Source: Candidatus Aceula meridiana (lineage in GTDB: Bacteria > Omnitrophota > Gorgyraeia > Zapsychrales > Aceulaceae). Taken from it: 64,000 nucleotides of DNA. Below, one piece after another: positions 8,998 through 19,733 of the stretch. Position numbers and translations under genes: made by a program. The DNA is taken from assembly GCA_030765185.1 (NCBI GenBank), contig JAVCDE010000003.1, forward strand, positions 38-64,037, in the 5' to 3' direction. Below the pieces are notes generated by a model. That model made no database searches. It saw only the letters and a program-made list of their open reading frames with translations, and had not been told where the DNA came from. The stretch's first letter is position 1, and every line of letters starts with the position of its first letter.

Positions 8998-9759
8998 ATG
9001 GCACGGAAACCAATAATCGCAGGAAACTGGAAATTAAATAAAACAATCAAAGAAGCTCTTGAGCTAGTCGGCGGGATTAAGGAAAAAGTTGCAGACGTTA
9101 AGGACGTTGACATTGTCGTTGGTCCTGTTTTTACAGCTCTTTCTGAAGTTGGCAAACTTACTTCTGGGTCAAACATCGGCTTAAGCGCTCAAAATCTTTA
9201 TTGGGAAGAAGCAGGTGCTTTTACCGGAGAAGTTTCCGCGACATTATTAAAAGATGCTGGATGCCAGTATGTCATTATCGGTCATTCAGAAAGACGTCAG
9301 TATTTTAATGAGACCAATGAAACAGTAAATAAAAAGATTAAGGCAGCTTTAGCTCAGGGACTAACACCGATTGTTTGTGTTGGTGAAAATCTTGAAGAGC
9401 GAGAAGGCGAAAAGACATTTGATGTTGTTCGTGATCATGTTACAAATTCTCTCAAAGGATTTAGCGCTGATGAAATGAAAAAGATGGTAATCGCTTACGA
9501 GCCGGTTTGGGCTATTGGAACAGGTAAGACAGCAACACCGGATCAAGCTCAAGAAGTCCACGCGTTTATTAGAAAACTTTTAAATGAAATGCACGACGAG
9601 AGCGTTGCTGAGAGTATTCGTCTTCAATACGGTGGAAGCGTTAAACCTGACAATATTAAAGACCTTATTTCTCAAAAAGATATTGATGGTGCCTTAGTTG
9701 GCGGGGCGGGTCTTAAAGTTGATTCATTTGTTGGAATTATCCAGGGATGTTTATCGTAA
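8998..9759 (+). CDS. tpiA: Triosephosphate isomerase
   Basis: IAGNWKLN..., AYEPVWAIGTGKTAT, and conserved pgk-tpiA-secG order. Confidence 0.95.
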   Translation: MARKPIIAGNWKLNKTIKEALELVGGIKEKVADVKDVDIVVGPVFTALSEVGKLTSGSNIGLSAQNLYWEEAGAFTGEVSATLLKDAGCQYVIIGHSERRQYFNETNETVNKKIKAALAQGLTPIVCVGENLEEREGEKTFDVVRDHVTNSLKGFSADEMKKMVIAYEPVWAIGTGKTATPDQAQEVHAFIRKLLNEMHDESVAESIRLQYGGSVKPDNIKDLISQKDIDGALVGGAGLKVDSFVGIIQGCLS

Positions 9760-9781
9760 AAATTAAAGAAGGGGAAAGACA

Positions 9782-10168
9782 ATGTTTACATTCGTTTTAG
9801 TTATTCACGTTATTGTTTGTATAGTTCTTGTTTTTATTGTCCTGATGCAATCAGGGCGTGGAGGAGGCTTAACCGATAATTTTTCTGCTGCGGAGTCAAT
9901 GTTTGGCGCAAAGACCAATACTGTTTTAGTTCGTGCAACAACGACTTTGGCGTTTATTTTTCTTGTGACATCACTTAGCTTGGCCTATTTGTCGTCACAA
10001 AAAGAGAAGTCATTGCTGATGAATACGTCTCAGAAAGCTGAGGAAAAAACTTTTGACCCAGATAAGCTTTTTGACGAGGCCGAAAATGTAGAGAAAATAG
10101 AGATTAACACACAAGGGGCAAACACGCAAGAGGCAGCGCAACCAGTTGAAGCACCGACACAAAACTAA
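9782..10168 (+). CDS. secG: Preprotein translocase subunit SecG
   Basis: Two TM helices and the LMQSGRGGGL motif; position after tpiA. Confidence 0.85.
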   Translation: MFTFVLVIHVIVCIVLVFIVLMQSGRGGGLTDNFSAAESMFGAKTNTVLVRATTTLAFIFLVTSLSLAYLSSQKEKSLLMNTSQKAEEKTFDPDKLFDEAENVEKIEINTQGANTQEAAQPVEAPTQN

Positions 10169-11903
10169 TTCATATTTTTTCTTACCTATTTTCGCAAAAA
10201 AGCTACTAATTTTTTTAGTAGCTTTTTTGTGGGTGAGTCTCCGTGCGGTTGCTGCTGAGGATACAAATAAATACGGGGGCCAGCTTGTTTATGCCACGTC
10301 CTCTGATCCGCGCTCGTTTAATCCTGTTGTGGCCAAAGAAACTTCAACGACAGCGATTACCGGATACCTTTTTGAGGGCCTGACACGCACCAATGGTGAG
10401 ACTCTTAAAGTTGAACCTAATCTTGCCTACAAGTGGGATGTCAGCGTTGACGGGCTTTCGTGGACATTTTATATCCGCAAAGATATTGTTTGGTCTGATG
10501 GAGCACCTTTTACCGCTGATGATGTTCTTTTTACTTTCAACGATTTAATTTACAACAAAGATATTCCGAGTTCATCGCGTGATATTTTTACGATTGATGG
10601 AAAAGAATTTATTGTTAAGAAGATTGATGATTACACGGTTCGTTTTGATCTTCCGATGAAGTTTGCGCCTTTTTTACGCTCTATGGGAACGGGAATTATG
10701 CCTAAGCACAAACTTCACGAGTCCGTTAAGAACAATACTTTTAATTTTACCTGGGGCATCGATACGCCCGTCAGCGAGATTGTGGGAACAGGACCTTATC
10801 TAATTGATCTTTATCAGCCCGGACAGCGAATTGTGATGAAGGCAAATCCTTTGTATTGGCGTAAGTCTGAACAAGGCGAGAAGCTTCCTTTTATTGAAAA
10901 GATTATTTATCTGGTTGTCCAGAGTCCTGATATTGCTCTTTTAAAGTTTTTAGAGGGTGAGGTTGATTCAGTGGGCGTACGTGGGACAGATTACGCTATC
11001 CTAAAACCAATGGAGGAGAAAAGAAATTTTAAAATTTATGATATGGGCCCGGGTTTAAGCAGCAATTTTATTGTTTTTAATTTGAATACACGCAAGAATC
11101 CTAAAACAGGAAAACCTTTTGTTGACCCTATTAAACTTTCGTGGTTTCAGAACAAAGAGTTCAGGCGGGCTGTCGCGCACGCGATTGATAAAAAACGTAT
11201 TATTGAGATTACTATGAATGGCCTTGGATATCCGCAGAATGCCGCGGTTAATCCGACGGTAGAGGTTTTTCATAACCCGGACGTTATTAAGTATGAATAT
11301 GACCTTGATAAAGCAAGGCGAATTTTAGCCAAAGCAGGATTTTTAGATAGAAACGCTGACGGAGTTATTGAAGATAAAAACGGCAACAAGGTGGAATTTA
11401 ATCTTTTTACAAATGCTAATTCTCAAGAGCGAATTCAAATGGCAGCGATTATTCGTCATGATTTAGAGCAGTTGGGGATGAAGGTGAATTTCTTACCATT
11501 AGAGTTTAATAATCTTGTTTCTAAGCTCGTTGGTGCTTATGACTGGGATGCTATGATTATTGGCTTAACCGGAGGCATTGAGCCACATTTTGGAAAGAAT
11601 GTTTGGGTTTCAGATGGCCAACTCCATTTTTGGAATCCAGGCCAAGAAAGCCCGCAAACAGAATGGGAAAAAAGTATTGATGAGATTTTTACGGAAGCCG
11701 TACAGATCCTTGATGACCGTGACCGTGCGCCTTATTATCGCCGCTGGCAGGCAATTGTCGCTGAGGAGCTTCCTTTAATTTATACTGTTTTTAATGCCAA
11801 CCTTGTCGCTGTGCGAAATAAATTTGAGAATCTAAACCCCACGATTCACGGGGGAGTATTTAACGAACTTGAACAAATCTATATCAAACAACAATATCGC
11901 TGA
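10146..11903 (+). CDS. ABC transporter substrate-binding protein, family 5 (peptide/nickel, OppA/DppA-like)
   Basis: Signal peptide then SBP_bac_5 architecture; followed by cognate permeases and ATPases; TTG start uncertain. Confidence 0.85.
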   Translation: MKHRHKTNSYFFLPIFAKKLLIFLVAFLWVSLRAVAAEDTNKYGGQLVYATSSDPRSFNPVVAKETSTTAITGYLFEGLTRTNGETLKVEPNLAYKWDVSVDGLSWTFYIRKDIVWSDGAPFTADDVLFTFNDLIYNKDIPSSSRDIFTIDGKEFIVKKIDDYTVRFDLPMKFAPFLRSMGTGIMPKHKLHESVKNNTFNFTWGIDTPVSEIVGTGPYLIDLYQPGQRIVMKANPLYWRKSEQGEKLPFIEKIIYLVVQSPDIALLKFLEGEVDSVGVRGTDYAILKPMEEKRNFKIYDMGPGLSSNFIVFNLNTRKNPKTGKPFVDPIKLSWFQNKEFRRAVAHAIDKKRIIEITMNGLGYPQNAAVNPTVEVFHNPDVIKYEYDLDKARRILAKAGFLDRNADGVIEDKNGNKVEFNLFTNANSQERIQMAAIIRHDLEQLGMKVNFLPLEFNNLVSKLVGAYDWDAMIIGLTGGIEPHFGKNVWVSDGQLHFWNPGQESPQTEWEKSIDEIFTEAVQILDDRDRAPYYRRWQAIVAEELPLIYTVFNANLVAVRNKFENLNPTIHGGVFNELEQIYIKQQYR

Positions 11904-11905
11904 TT

Positions 11906-12871
11906 ATGTTTCGCTATATTATTAAAAGAATTCTAATTTCTATTCCGCTTCTTTTAGGGATTTCTCTTTTTACGTTTGTTCTTATTCAGCTAACGCCGGG
12001 AAACTTCTTTGACACTTTAAAACTTGATCCTCAAGTTTCCTCTGAAACCATTGCCCATTACGAGAAACTTTACAACTTAGATAAACCGTTATTGCAGCAG
12101 TATGGCTATTGGCTTAAAAATGTTCTTCAGCTTAATTTTGGATATTCTTTCTACTACAACTGCCCTGTCGTCAAAATTATTAAAAGTCGTCTTCTTAATA
12201 CGTTTATCCTTTCGTTTTCGGGCATGTTGCTCACATGGCTTGTAGCCATCCCCTTAGGAATCGTTATGGCTATTAACCGTAATCGATTTTGGGATAGATT
12301 TTTATCTTTTGGTGCTTTTATCTTTCTTTCGATTCCGGGTTTCTTTTTAGCGATTTTACTTTTGTATTTTGCTTCGCATTATGGAGGGCTTCCCTTGGGA
12401 GGGATGCAGAGCGTTAATTTTGATAATTTTAATATTTTTGAAAAGATTATTGATGTTTTGCGACATCTCGTTATTCCGACCATTGTTATTTCTGTCGGCG
12501 CGATTGCTGGTTTGCAGAGAATTATGCGTGGCAATCTTTTAGAGGTTTTGCGTCAGCAATATATTTTGGCGGCACGTGCTAAGGGCCTGCCAGAAAACAA
12601 AGTGCTTTATAAGCACGCCCTTCGAAACGCAATCAATCCCATGATTACTCTTTTGGGATATCATCTTTCCGGGCTTTTAAGCGGGGCAGCTATCGTCGAG
12701 ATTATCTGTAATTGGCCGGGCATTGGTACGGTTATGTTAACTGCCGTCCGCGCTAAGGACCTTTACCTTGTCATGGCGAGTATGCTCATGGGAGGGGTGT
12801 TACTATTTTTAGGAAATCTTTTAGCCGACATCATGTTGGCTTGGGTAGACCCACGGATTCGCTATGACTAA
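11906..12871 (+). CDS. ABC transporter permease (OppB/DppB-like)
   Basis: BPD_transp_1 permease fold; operon context. Confidence 0.85.
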   Translation: MFRYIIKRILISIPLLLGISLFTFVLIQLTPGNFFDTLKLDPQVSSETIAHYEKLYNLDKPLLQQYGYWLKNVLQLNFGYSFYYNCPVVKIIKSRLLNTFILSFSGMLLTWLVAIPLGIVMAINRNRFWDRFLSFGAFIFLSIPGFFLAILLLYFASHYGGLPLGGMQSVNFDNFNIFEKIIDVLRHLVIPTIVISVGAIAGLQRIMRGNLLEVLRQQYILAARAKGLPENKVLYKHALRNAINPMITLLGYHLSGLLSGAAIVEIICNWPGIGTVMLTAVRAKDLYLVMASMLMGGVLLFLGNLLADIMLAWVDPRIRYD

Positions 12872-13964
12872 GAATGGAGAAAGTTTAAGTCAACTTCAAA
12901 TGGCTATGGCCACATTCAGAAAGAATGGTTTGGCTATGGGCTGTGTTACGATTCTTGCGATTTTATATTTTAGTGCTATTTTTGCAGATTTTTTGTCTCC
13001 GTATCTTTACGACAACGAGGACCGCAACTATTCCTATTGTCCGCCTATGAAAATTCATTTTATTGGCGAGAATGGAAAAATAGAGCGTCCTTTTGTATAT
13101 CGAATGTATTTTTCTTTTGATGAATTCCATAAAAGAATATACAAAGAAGATAAAACGCAGAAATATCCTTTAGGGTTATTTGTTAAGGGCAAGCCGTATC
13201 GATTCTTAGGCTTTATTCCTTTTGACCGCCATTTGTTTGGCGCTCAGAACGGAGGACGCATTCATCTTTGGGGAGCGGATTCCCGAGGGAGAGATCTTTT
13301 CTCTAGACTTTTGTGGGGAGGACGTGTTTCACTCTCGATAGGGCTTATTGGCGTTACGATTTCTTTTTTCTTTGGTCTTTTGATAGGAGGCATTTCCGGT
13401 TATTACGGTGGAAAGACTGACAATATTATTATGCGTATTTGTGAGATGATTATGATGATCCCATCTTTTTATCTCATGTTAGCTTTGATGGCAACCTTGC
13501 CACCGGGATTAAATTCCATCAAGCGGTATATGCTGATGGTAGCTATCTTTTCTTTTATCGGTTGGGCTTCTTTGGCACGCGTTATCCGCGGCATGGCTAT
13601 GTCATTAAAGTCAAGAGAGTATGTTTTAGCAGCCAAGGCTATGGGCGTTTCGGATATACGCATTATTTTTACACATATTCTGCCGCATACGATGTCGTAT
13701 TCAATTATTGCGGTTATGCAGTCTGTTCCAGGATACATTATCGCTGAGAGTGGTCTAAGTCTTTTTGGTCTGGGAATTCAAGATCCGTATGCCAGTTGGG
13801 GTAATTTACTTTCTGAGGCGATGGGCATTATTCAGATTACATTTGCTCCGTGGATTCTTTTGCCAGGTTTTTTTATTTTCTTAACAATTATTTGTTTTAA
13901 TATTATTGGGGATGCCTTGCGCGATGCCTTAGATCCTACGCTCAAAGCAGAGGGACGAACATAG
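12864..13964 (+). CDS. ABC transporter permease (OppC/DppC-like)
   Basis: Permease fold with N-terminal extension typical of OppC; operon context. Confidence 0.85.
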   Translation: MTKNGESLSQLQMAMATFRKNGLAMGCVTILAILYFSAIFADFLSPYLYDNEDRNYSYCPPMKIHFIGENGKIERPFVYRMYFSFDEFHKRIYKEDKTQKYPLGLFVKGKPYRFLGFIPFDRHLFGAQNGGRIHLWGADSRGRDLFSRLLWGGRVSLSIGLIGVTISFFFGLLIGGISGYYGGKTDNIIMRICEMIMMIPSFYLMLALMATLPPGLNSIKRYMLMVAIFSFIGWASLARVIRGMAMSLKSREYVLAAKAMGVSDIRIIFTHILPHTMSYSIIAVMQSVPGYIIAESGLSLFGLGIQDPYASWGNLLSEAMGIIQITFAPWILLPGFFIFLTIICFNIIGDALRDALDPTLKAEGRT

Positions 13965-14747
13965 ATGAAAAATATTCTTTCTGTTAATAATTTAACAATT
14001 CAGATCCTTGGGAGTCAAGGCTTTCAGCCGCTTGTTTCTAATATTAATCTTACGCTGCGAGAGCTTGAGGTCGTTGCTTTGGTGGGAGGCTCTGGCGGTG
14101 GAAAGACAAGCATCGGGTTTTCCCTTTTGCAGCTTTTGCCCATGGCCATGAAAATTACGCAAGGAGAAATTCTTTTTGAAGGCAGAAACCTTTTGGACCT
14201 AACGAATAAACAAATGCAAAGTGTTCGTGGCGGAAAGATTGGGATGGTTTTTCAAGAACCATTAAGTGCGTTTAATCCGGTTTTTAAAGTTGGCAATCAG
14301 ATTGCAGAAGTTTTAAAATATCATACAAATTTAAGCGCGGGCAAAATCAAGAATAAAGTTCATGAGCTCTTGGATGTTGTTGAGGTTCCTGATCCAAAGC
14401 GCGTGGCTCAATATTATCCACACCAGCTAAGCGGAGGTTTGCGTCAACGGGCGATGATTGCTCAAGCGATTGCTGCTTCGCCAAAAGTAATCATTGCTGA
14501 TGAACCAACTAGCAATCTAGATGTCACCATTCAGGCAAAAATTTTAGAGCTTTTTAAGAAGCTAAAGAAGGAGCTTAATGTTTCGCTTCTTCTCATTACG
14601 CATGATTTAGGCGTTGTCCGTTTCTTAGCAGACCGTGTTTTTGTACTACATGGTGGACGTATTGTCGAGGAAGGAAAGGCAGAAGAAATTTTTAATAATC
14701 CTAAGGATGAATTTACAAAAACTCTCATAAAGGTAATCGAAGACTAA
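13965..14747 (+). CDS. ABC transporter ATP-binding protein (OppD/DppD-like)
   Basis: Walker A GGSGGGKTS, LSGGLRQR signature, Walker B IIADEPTSNLD. Confidence 0.9.
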   Translation: MKNILSVNNLTIQILGSQGFQPLVSNINLTLRELEVVALVGGSGGGKTSIGFSLLQLLPMAMKITQGEILFEGRNLLDLTNKQMQSVRGGKIGMVFQEPLSAFNPVFKVGNQIAEVLKYHTNLSAGKIKNKVHELLDVVEVPDPKRVAQYYPHQLSGGLRQRAMIAQAIAASPKVIIADEPTSNLDVTIQAKILELFKKLKKELNVSLLLITHDLGVVRFLADRVFVLHGGRIVEEGKAEEIFNNPKDEFTKTLIKVIED

Positions 14748-15611
14748 ATGCTTTTAGAATTAAAAAACATCAAGAAATATTTTCCAAGCCATATTGGTTT
14801 TTTTGGTAAGGTTTCAAGTTTTGTTAAGGCAGCTGACGGCGTTGATTTGACTATTGTCGAAGGAGAAAATTTTGGCCTTGTTGGAGAATCTGGTTGCGGT
14901 AAAACGACTTTAGGTCGCCTAGCAATAAAGCTTTTATTGTGCGATTCCGGGGAGATTATTTTTAAAGGAAGAAATATTGCGAATCTTTCGGCGAAAAAAA
15001 TGCGTGTTTTTCGCCAAGACATCCAGATGGTTTTTCAGGATCCCTTTACCAGCTTAGACCCACGCTTTACTGTGCGTAATATTCTTTCTGAGGCAATGCA
15101 ATTTCAAAAAGAAAGCTTGGTTAAGAAAGAAGAAAGAATGAAAGAGCTTCTTCTTGCGGTTAGGCTCCCGGCTGATATTTTAGGCCGGTTTCCGCATGAG
15201 TTTAGCGGAGGAGAGCGTCAACGGATTGCCATCGCGCGTGCGCTTTCCATGAATCCAAAACTTCTTATTTTAGATGAAGCGGTTTCGTCTTTAGATGTGC
15301 TGGTTCAGGAAGAAATTTTAAATTTACTTTTAGATTTACAACAAAAATTTAATGTGACATACTTTTTTATATCGCACAATTTACGCGTTGTTAAGAAAAT
15401 TTGTCATAAGGTTGCGGTTATGCTTAATGGAAGAATTGTTGAGAGAGGTCCTTGCGGAGAGATTTTCAGTAATCCTTTGCATCCTTATACTAAACAGCTT
15501 TTAAGTGCTGCGATAGAATATAAGGTAGCGTCAAATCAAAAAAATATTGTTCTAAAGGAAAATGCAAAACTTATAGATCAGGGAGGAGGGCATTTTGTCC
15601 TTGAAAATTGA
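14748..15611 (+). CDS. ABC transporter ATP-binding protein (OppF/DppF-like)
   Basis: Walker A GESGCGKTT, FSGGERQR signature, LILDEAVSSLD. Confidence 0.9.
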   Translation: MLLELKNIKKYFPSHIGFFGKVSSFVKAADGVDLTIVEGENFGLVGESGCGKTTLGRLAIKLLLCDSGEIIFKGRNIANLSAKKMRVFRQDIQMVFQDPFTSLDPRFTVRNILSEAMQFQKESLVKKEERMKELLLAVRLPADILGRFPHEFSGGERQRIAIARALSMNPKLLILDEAVSSLDVLVQEEILNLLLDLQQKFNVTYFFISHNLRVVKKICHKVAVMLNGRIVERGPCGEIFSNPLHPYTKQLLSAAIEYKVASNQKNIVLKENAKLIDQGGGHFVLEN

Positions 15612-17916
15612 ACTGAAGCCTAAGATTTTAAAAAAAATAGATTATTTTGTTGGGATGCTCGCCATTGGAATTCTGGCGGGGCTTATTATTTTTTTGTGCA
15701 ATAGCGAAGTCGGTGCTTTTGATATTTGGTTGCATCTTAAAACCGGTGAGTTTATTGCTCAGCATAATTATATTCCAACGGTCGACATTTTTTCGTGTGC
15801 TGTTGGTGGCAATGTGTGGAACAATCACGAGTGGCTTTTTCAGCTGCTTGCACATTTTGTCTTTTCGGCCTTTAGCTATGATGGCCTCATTACAATGCAA
15901 GCAAGTGTCATTGCATTAACCATGCTTCTTCTTCTTTTCCTAGGGGATATCCGCGACAAGCAGCTTGGAACGGCGGTATTGTTACTTTGCGTTATGATGG
16001 TTTACCGAACCCGCTTTAATATTCGCCCTGATATTTTTAGCCTCCTTTTCTTTACTAGTTATATTTATATTTTATCGCTTTATATCGACCGGCGCTGGTC
16101 TCTTTTTGCCTTAGGATTTATTCAAGTCCTCTGGGTCAATACGCACGGATTTTTTATTTTTGGCCCCTTATTCATTTCTATAGGTTTGTTATCAGAGTTT
16201 TTAAAAAGACGAGTTAGATTGCCTTGGGAATGGAACAAGGTGGGGCGCCTAGAGGATAAAGAGTATTTTCATCTTAAAATTGCCTTGGGTGTGACTCTTT
16301 TGGCTTGTTTGTGCAATCCCCAATTTTTGCGAGGAGCTTTTTATCCTTTTCAAGTTTTGTTTCAGCTGGCAGGAGAATCAAGAGTATTTTTTAGCTACAT
16401 TATTGAGCTTAGAAAACCGATCTTGTGGAGCAACCTTTTTTCTACAAATCAGGGTTATTTTAAGGCGCTTATTATAATTTCTTTTTACAGTTTTATTGTT
16501 AATCGACGGAAGGTTGATATTTCTGCGCTTTTTCTTTGGGTCTTTTTCTTGATCCTTTCGCTACAGGCGTTGCGCAATATGGTCTTTTTTGCTTTTGTGG
16601 CATATTTTGTTTGTTTTGCTAATTTTTCACAAGTCAAACTGAAAGATGTTTTACCCATTTCTTTTAAGAGCGAAAAATTTCGTCTTTTGACAATGATACT
16701 ATTAAAGGTTTTATTAATCGCGTGGATTTTTCGTTTTGGAGATTCTATCTCTAGATCAGCGTATTATGATTTTGATAAATATGAGATGAAAAGTAGCTGG
16801 GGAGGGGTAAGCCTTCGCCGCTATCCTGAAAAGGCTGCTGATTTTATTCTTAAGAGCGGTATTAGCGGAAATCTGTTTAATGACTTTAACTCTGGAGCTT
16901 ATTTGATTGGTCGGTGTTTTCCTCAGGTTAAGGTGTTTATTGATGGTCGGACGGAGCTCTACGGGCCGGAATTTTTCAAGATTTATAAAAAAGTCTGGGA
17001 ATCAGGAAGTGATGAGTTGAGGGAAGAGGCTCTTGAAAAATATAAAATTACTGCAGCTTTTTTAAATTCGACAGATAAAAAGATTTCGAAAAGTCTTCTA
17101 ACATTTTTTTATGAAAATGAGCAATGGATTCCGGTCTATTTAAATTATGATGGGATGATTTTCCTAAAGGACATTTCTAAGAATCAAGAAATTATTAAAG
17201 AGCATCGATTAGATAGAAAAGGGTATCGATTTAAGAATATTGATTTAAACCGCATTGGCCCCAGAAAAGTTCCGCCATTTAAGCAAATTAAACGTGCGTA
17301 TACTCTGCAGTCTCTTGACTTAAAAGAAGAAGCGTTAGGTCAAGTTGAGGAAGGTTTGCTGATTTCTCCTGGACATTCAGATTTTTATTACTTGCTAGGT
17401 CGATTTTATTTCGAGGACAAGAGCTATGAAGAAGCTTTTGAGAATTTTCGTATTGCGACAATGATTACGCCGAGCGATTCGGAATTTAGATTTTATTTAG
17501 CTCTTTCTTATGCCGAGATTAATGATTATGAGAACGCTATTAAGCAATTTGAGTCTTTGATTAAGAATGGTGTCAAGAAGGCAAAGGTATTTGCTGCTTT
17601 GGCTAATACGTATGTTCTTGATAACCAGTATGACAAGGCGCTTGAATTTGCACAAAAGGCTTTGGACGTTAATCCGATGTATACTAAAATTTTAAAAGTT
17701 GCGGATACATTTTTTGATAAAGAAGAATTTATTTTAGCTCAAAAAATATGCCTAATGACTTTGAAGGTAAATCCTCGGTTAAGTGATGCGTATTATAAGA
17801 TAGGGCTTTGCCATCAAAAACTTAAGAATAAAGCTGCAGCTAATGAGGTTTTTAGAAGAGGGTTAAAGATTGATCCGACTAATGAGGAAATTAAAAAGCA
17901 ATTAAAGATCAAATAA
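15595..17916 (+). CDS. Polytopic membrane protein with C-terminal TPR repeats (possible GT-C-fold glycosyltransferase)
   Basis: About 12 TM helices in the N-terminal 520 aa, with an acidic/aromatic first loop (AFDIWLHLKTGEF); C-terminal 250 aa has TPR-like repeats; TTG start with GGAGG RBS. Confidence 0.5.
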   Translation: MSLKIELKPKILKKIDYFVGMLAIGILAGLIIFLCNSEVGAFDIWLHLKTGEFIAQHNYIPTVDIFSCAVGGNVWNNHEWLFQLLAHFVFSAFSYDGLITMQASVIALTMLLLLFLGDIRDKQLGTAVLLLCVMMVYRTRFNIRPDIFSLLFFTSYIYILSLYIDRRWSLFALGFIQVLWVNTHGFFIFGPLFISIGLLSEFLKRRVRLPWEWNKVGRLEDKEYFHLKIALGVTLLACLCNPQFLRGAFYPFQVLFQLAGESRVFFSYIIELRKPILWSNLFSTNQGYFKALIIISFYSFIVNRRKVDISALFLWVFFLILSLQALRNMVFFAFVAYFVCFANFSQVKLKDVLPISFKSEKFRLLTMILLKVLLIAWIFRFGDSISRSAYYDFDKYEMKSSWGGVSLRRYPEKAADFILKSGISGNLFNDFNSGAYLIGRCFPQVKVFIDGRTELYGPEFFKIYKKVWESGSDELREEALEKYKITAAFLNSTDKKISKSLLTFFYENEQWIPVYLNYDGMIFLKDISKNQEIIKEHRLDRKGYRFKNIDLNRIGPRKVPPFKQIKRAYTLQSLDLKEEALGQVEEGLLISPGHSDFYYLLGRFYFEDKSYEEAFENFRIATMITPSDSEFRFYLALSYAEINDYENAIKQFESLIKNGVKKAKVFAALANTYVLDNQYDKALEFAQKALDVNPMYTKILKVADTFFDKEEFILAQKICLMTLKVNPRLSDAYYKIGLCHQKLKNKAAANEVFRRGLKIDPTNEEIKKQLKIK

Positions 17917-18003
17917 AAAGCATTAATCTCTCGCAGGAATTCTCGGGTCTTAGTTAGGTGTTGGTTTCTTTCGGAGGGAGCCTTGTTTTTTGGAGGCTCC
18001 ACT

Positions 18004-18032
18004 TGCAAAAAAAGGTACCGTTAAGTATAATA
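18004..18032 (+). promoter_or_regulatory. Sigma70-type promoter for glgC (TTGCAA-N17-TATAAT)
   Basis: Hexamers and spacing read in sequence, 38 nt upstream of the glgC ATG. Confidence 0.5.
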
Positions 18033-18069
18033 AATTATTATTTAAAACGAATTTGAAAGAGGAAAAAAT

Positions 18070-19290
18070 ATGCGTGATATCTTAACATTTATTTTAGCCG
18101 GTGGAAAAGGAGAAAGACTGGATCCTTTAACTCGCGATCGCGCCAAGCCTGCTGTGCCTTTTGGTGGGATTTATCGGATTATTGATTTTACTTTGAGTAA
18201 TTGTATCAACTCAGGCCTACGTCGTATTTTTGTCCTCATCCAATATAAATCATTTTCTTTGCAAAAACATCTTTTAGCAGGGTGGGATGTTTTTTCAAGC
18301 CAGCTAGGAGAATTTATTGATGTTATTCCGCCTCAGCAGAGAGTAGGGTCCGACTGGTACCAGGGAACGGCGGATGCAATTTATCAAAATATTTATGCTA
18401 TTAAAGATTATAATCCGAAGAAAGTTTTGATTCTTTCCGGTGATCATGTTTATCGCATGGATTATGGCCGTGTTTTAAAATTTCATAATGATAAGAAAGC
18501 AGATGCTGTTGTCTGTTGCGTTAAAATGCCCAAAAGTTCTTCGATTCACTTTGGTGTCATAGAGGTAGACGCAAAAGGGCGCATTTGTGGATTTCAAGAA
18601 AAACCAGAAACGCCTAAGACTATCCCAGGAGACCCTAAGAGTATTTTTGCATCCATGGGTGTTTATCTTTTTGATAGAGAACCGCTTTTGAACGTTCTGA
18701 ATGAAGATTCCAAAGACGGAGCTTCGGCGCATGATTTTGGGAAAGATATTATTCCTAAAATGATTAAAGAAAAGCAGAAAGTTTATGCATATAATTTTTC
18801 TGATGAGAACGGCAAATCCCGCTATTGGCGCGATATTGGAACGCGAGACTCTTATTATGAGGCGAACATGGATTTGCTTAAGCATAGGTCGAATTTTGAT
18901 ATCTTTCGGAAAGCTTGGCCTGTGCGAACCTACCACGAGCAGTATCCTCCAATTAAAGTCTTAGATGACGGCATCGGCAAAGCTGCAAAGTCGCCTCTCA
19001 TTGTCGATTCTTTTATTTCCGGCGGGTGCGTGATCAAAGGAGCTAAAATTAAAAAGTCTGTTTTGTCTCCCAATGTGCACATCGAAAGCAACGCTGATGT
19101 GAGTGGCTCGATTTTCTTAGGAAGTTGTGTAGTGGGGAAAGGAGCAAGGATTAAGAATGCTATCATTGACAAGGAAGTTAATATCCCCCCTAAAACTGAG
19201 ATTGGCTATAATCTAGAATCTGACCGTGAGCGTTTTGCTGTAACCACATCTGGAATTGTCATTGTTCCTAAAAAAGCTTCATTTAAATAA
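18070..19290 (+). CDS. glgC: Glucose-1-phosphate adenylyltransferase
   Basis: LAGGKGERL...AKPAVPFGG N-terminal motif and C-terminal left-handed beta-helix region. Confidence 0.9.
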   Translation: MRDILTFILAGGKGERLDPLTRDRAKPAVPFGGIYRIIDFTLSNCINSGLRRIFVLIQYKSFSLQKHLLAGWDVFSSQLGEFIDVIPPQQRVGSDWYQGTADAIYQNIYAIKDYNPKKVLILSGDHVYRMDYGRVLKFHNDKKADAVVCCVKMPKSSSIHFGVIEVDAKGRICGFQEKPETPKTIPGDPKSIFASMGVYLFDREPLLNVLNEDSKDGASAHDFGKDIIPKMIKEKQKVYAYNFSDENGKSRYWRDIGTRDSYYEANMDLLKHRSNFDIFRKAWPVRTYHEQYPPIKVLDDGIGKAAKSPLIVDSFISGGCVIKGAKIKKSVLSPNVHIESNADVSGSIFLGSCVVGKGARIKNAIIDKEVNIPPKTEIGYNLESDRERFAVTTSGIVIVPKKASFK

Positions 19291-19311
19291 AGTTTAATAG
19301 AAAAAGGAAAA

Positions 19312-19343
19312 GGGCCGCAAAAATATTTTTGCGGCCCTTTTGT
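19312..19343 (+). terminator. Rho-independent terminator hairpin GGGCCGCAAAAATATTTTTGCGGCCC plus TTTTGT (copy 1 of an identical 36-bp element)
   Basis: Perfect GC-rich palindrome followed by a T-run immediately after glgC. Confidence 0.7.
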
Positions 19344-19733
19344 ATTATTACAATTAATTATTTTTTGTCTTTTAGTCTGTCCCACCTTGAGGGTGTGAAC
19401 ATTGGGTTTATAGTCGATTCAGCCCGCAGGGTTATTGTCTTTTTTTTGCACAAAAGACCAGAATACATGATTTTTTAAGAAAAAAAATAAAATCAGAACT
19501 GCCTTCCACTAAAATTCTTTAGGAAAGGTGCGTACTCTGACTTCCTTAAAGTTCTTAATTAAGAAAAAGTCAATAAACGCGGTTTTTCTTGTCACTTGCC
19601 TCGTGCGGACTTGTATCTTTTTTGAGAAAGCGTTTCCCCAGAACCCTCCAAAACCCCTTATATTTGAATATATATAGTTTATACTTTTATAGTCAGGATA
19701 GAGGCTATAGATACATATACGAAGAAGGGGAAC

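Noticed and set aside
17975-18000. GGAGCC...GGCTCC hairpin after the TPR gene as a terminator
   Set aside because: The stem is only 6 bp with a 12-nt loop and there is no downstream U-tract. It is too weak to call, and the glgC promoter follows immediately.
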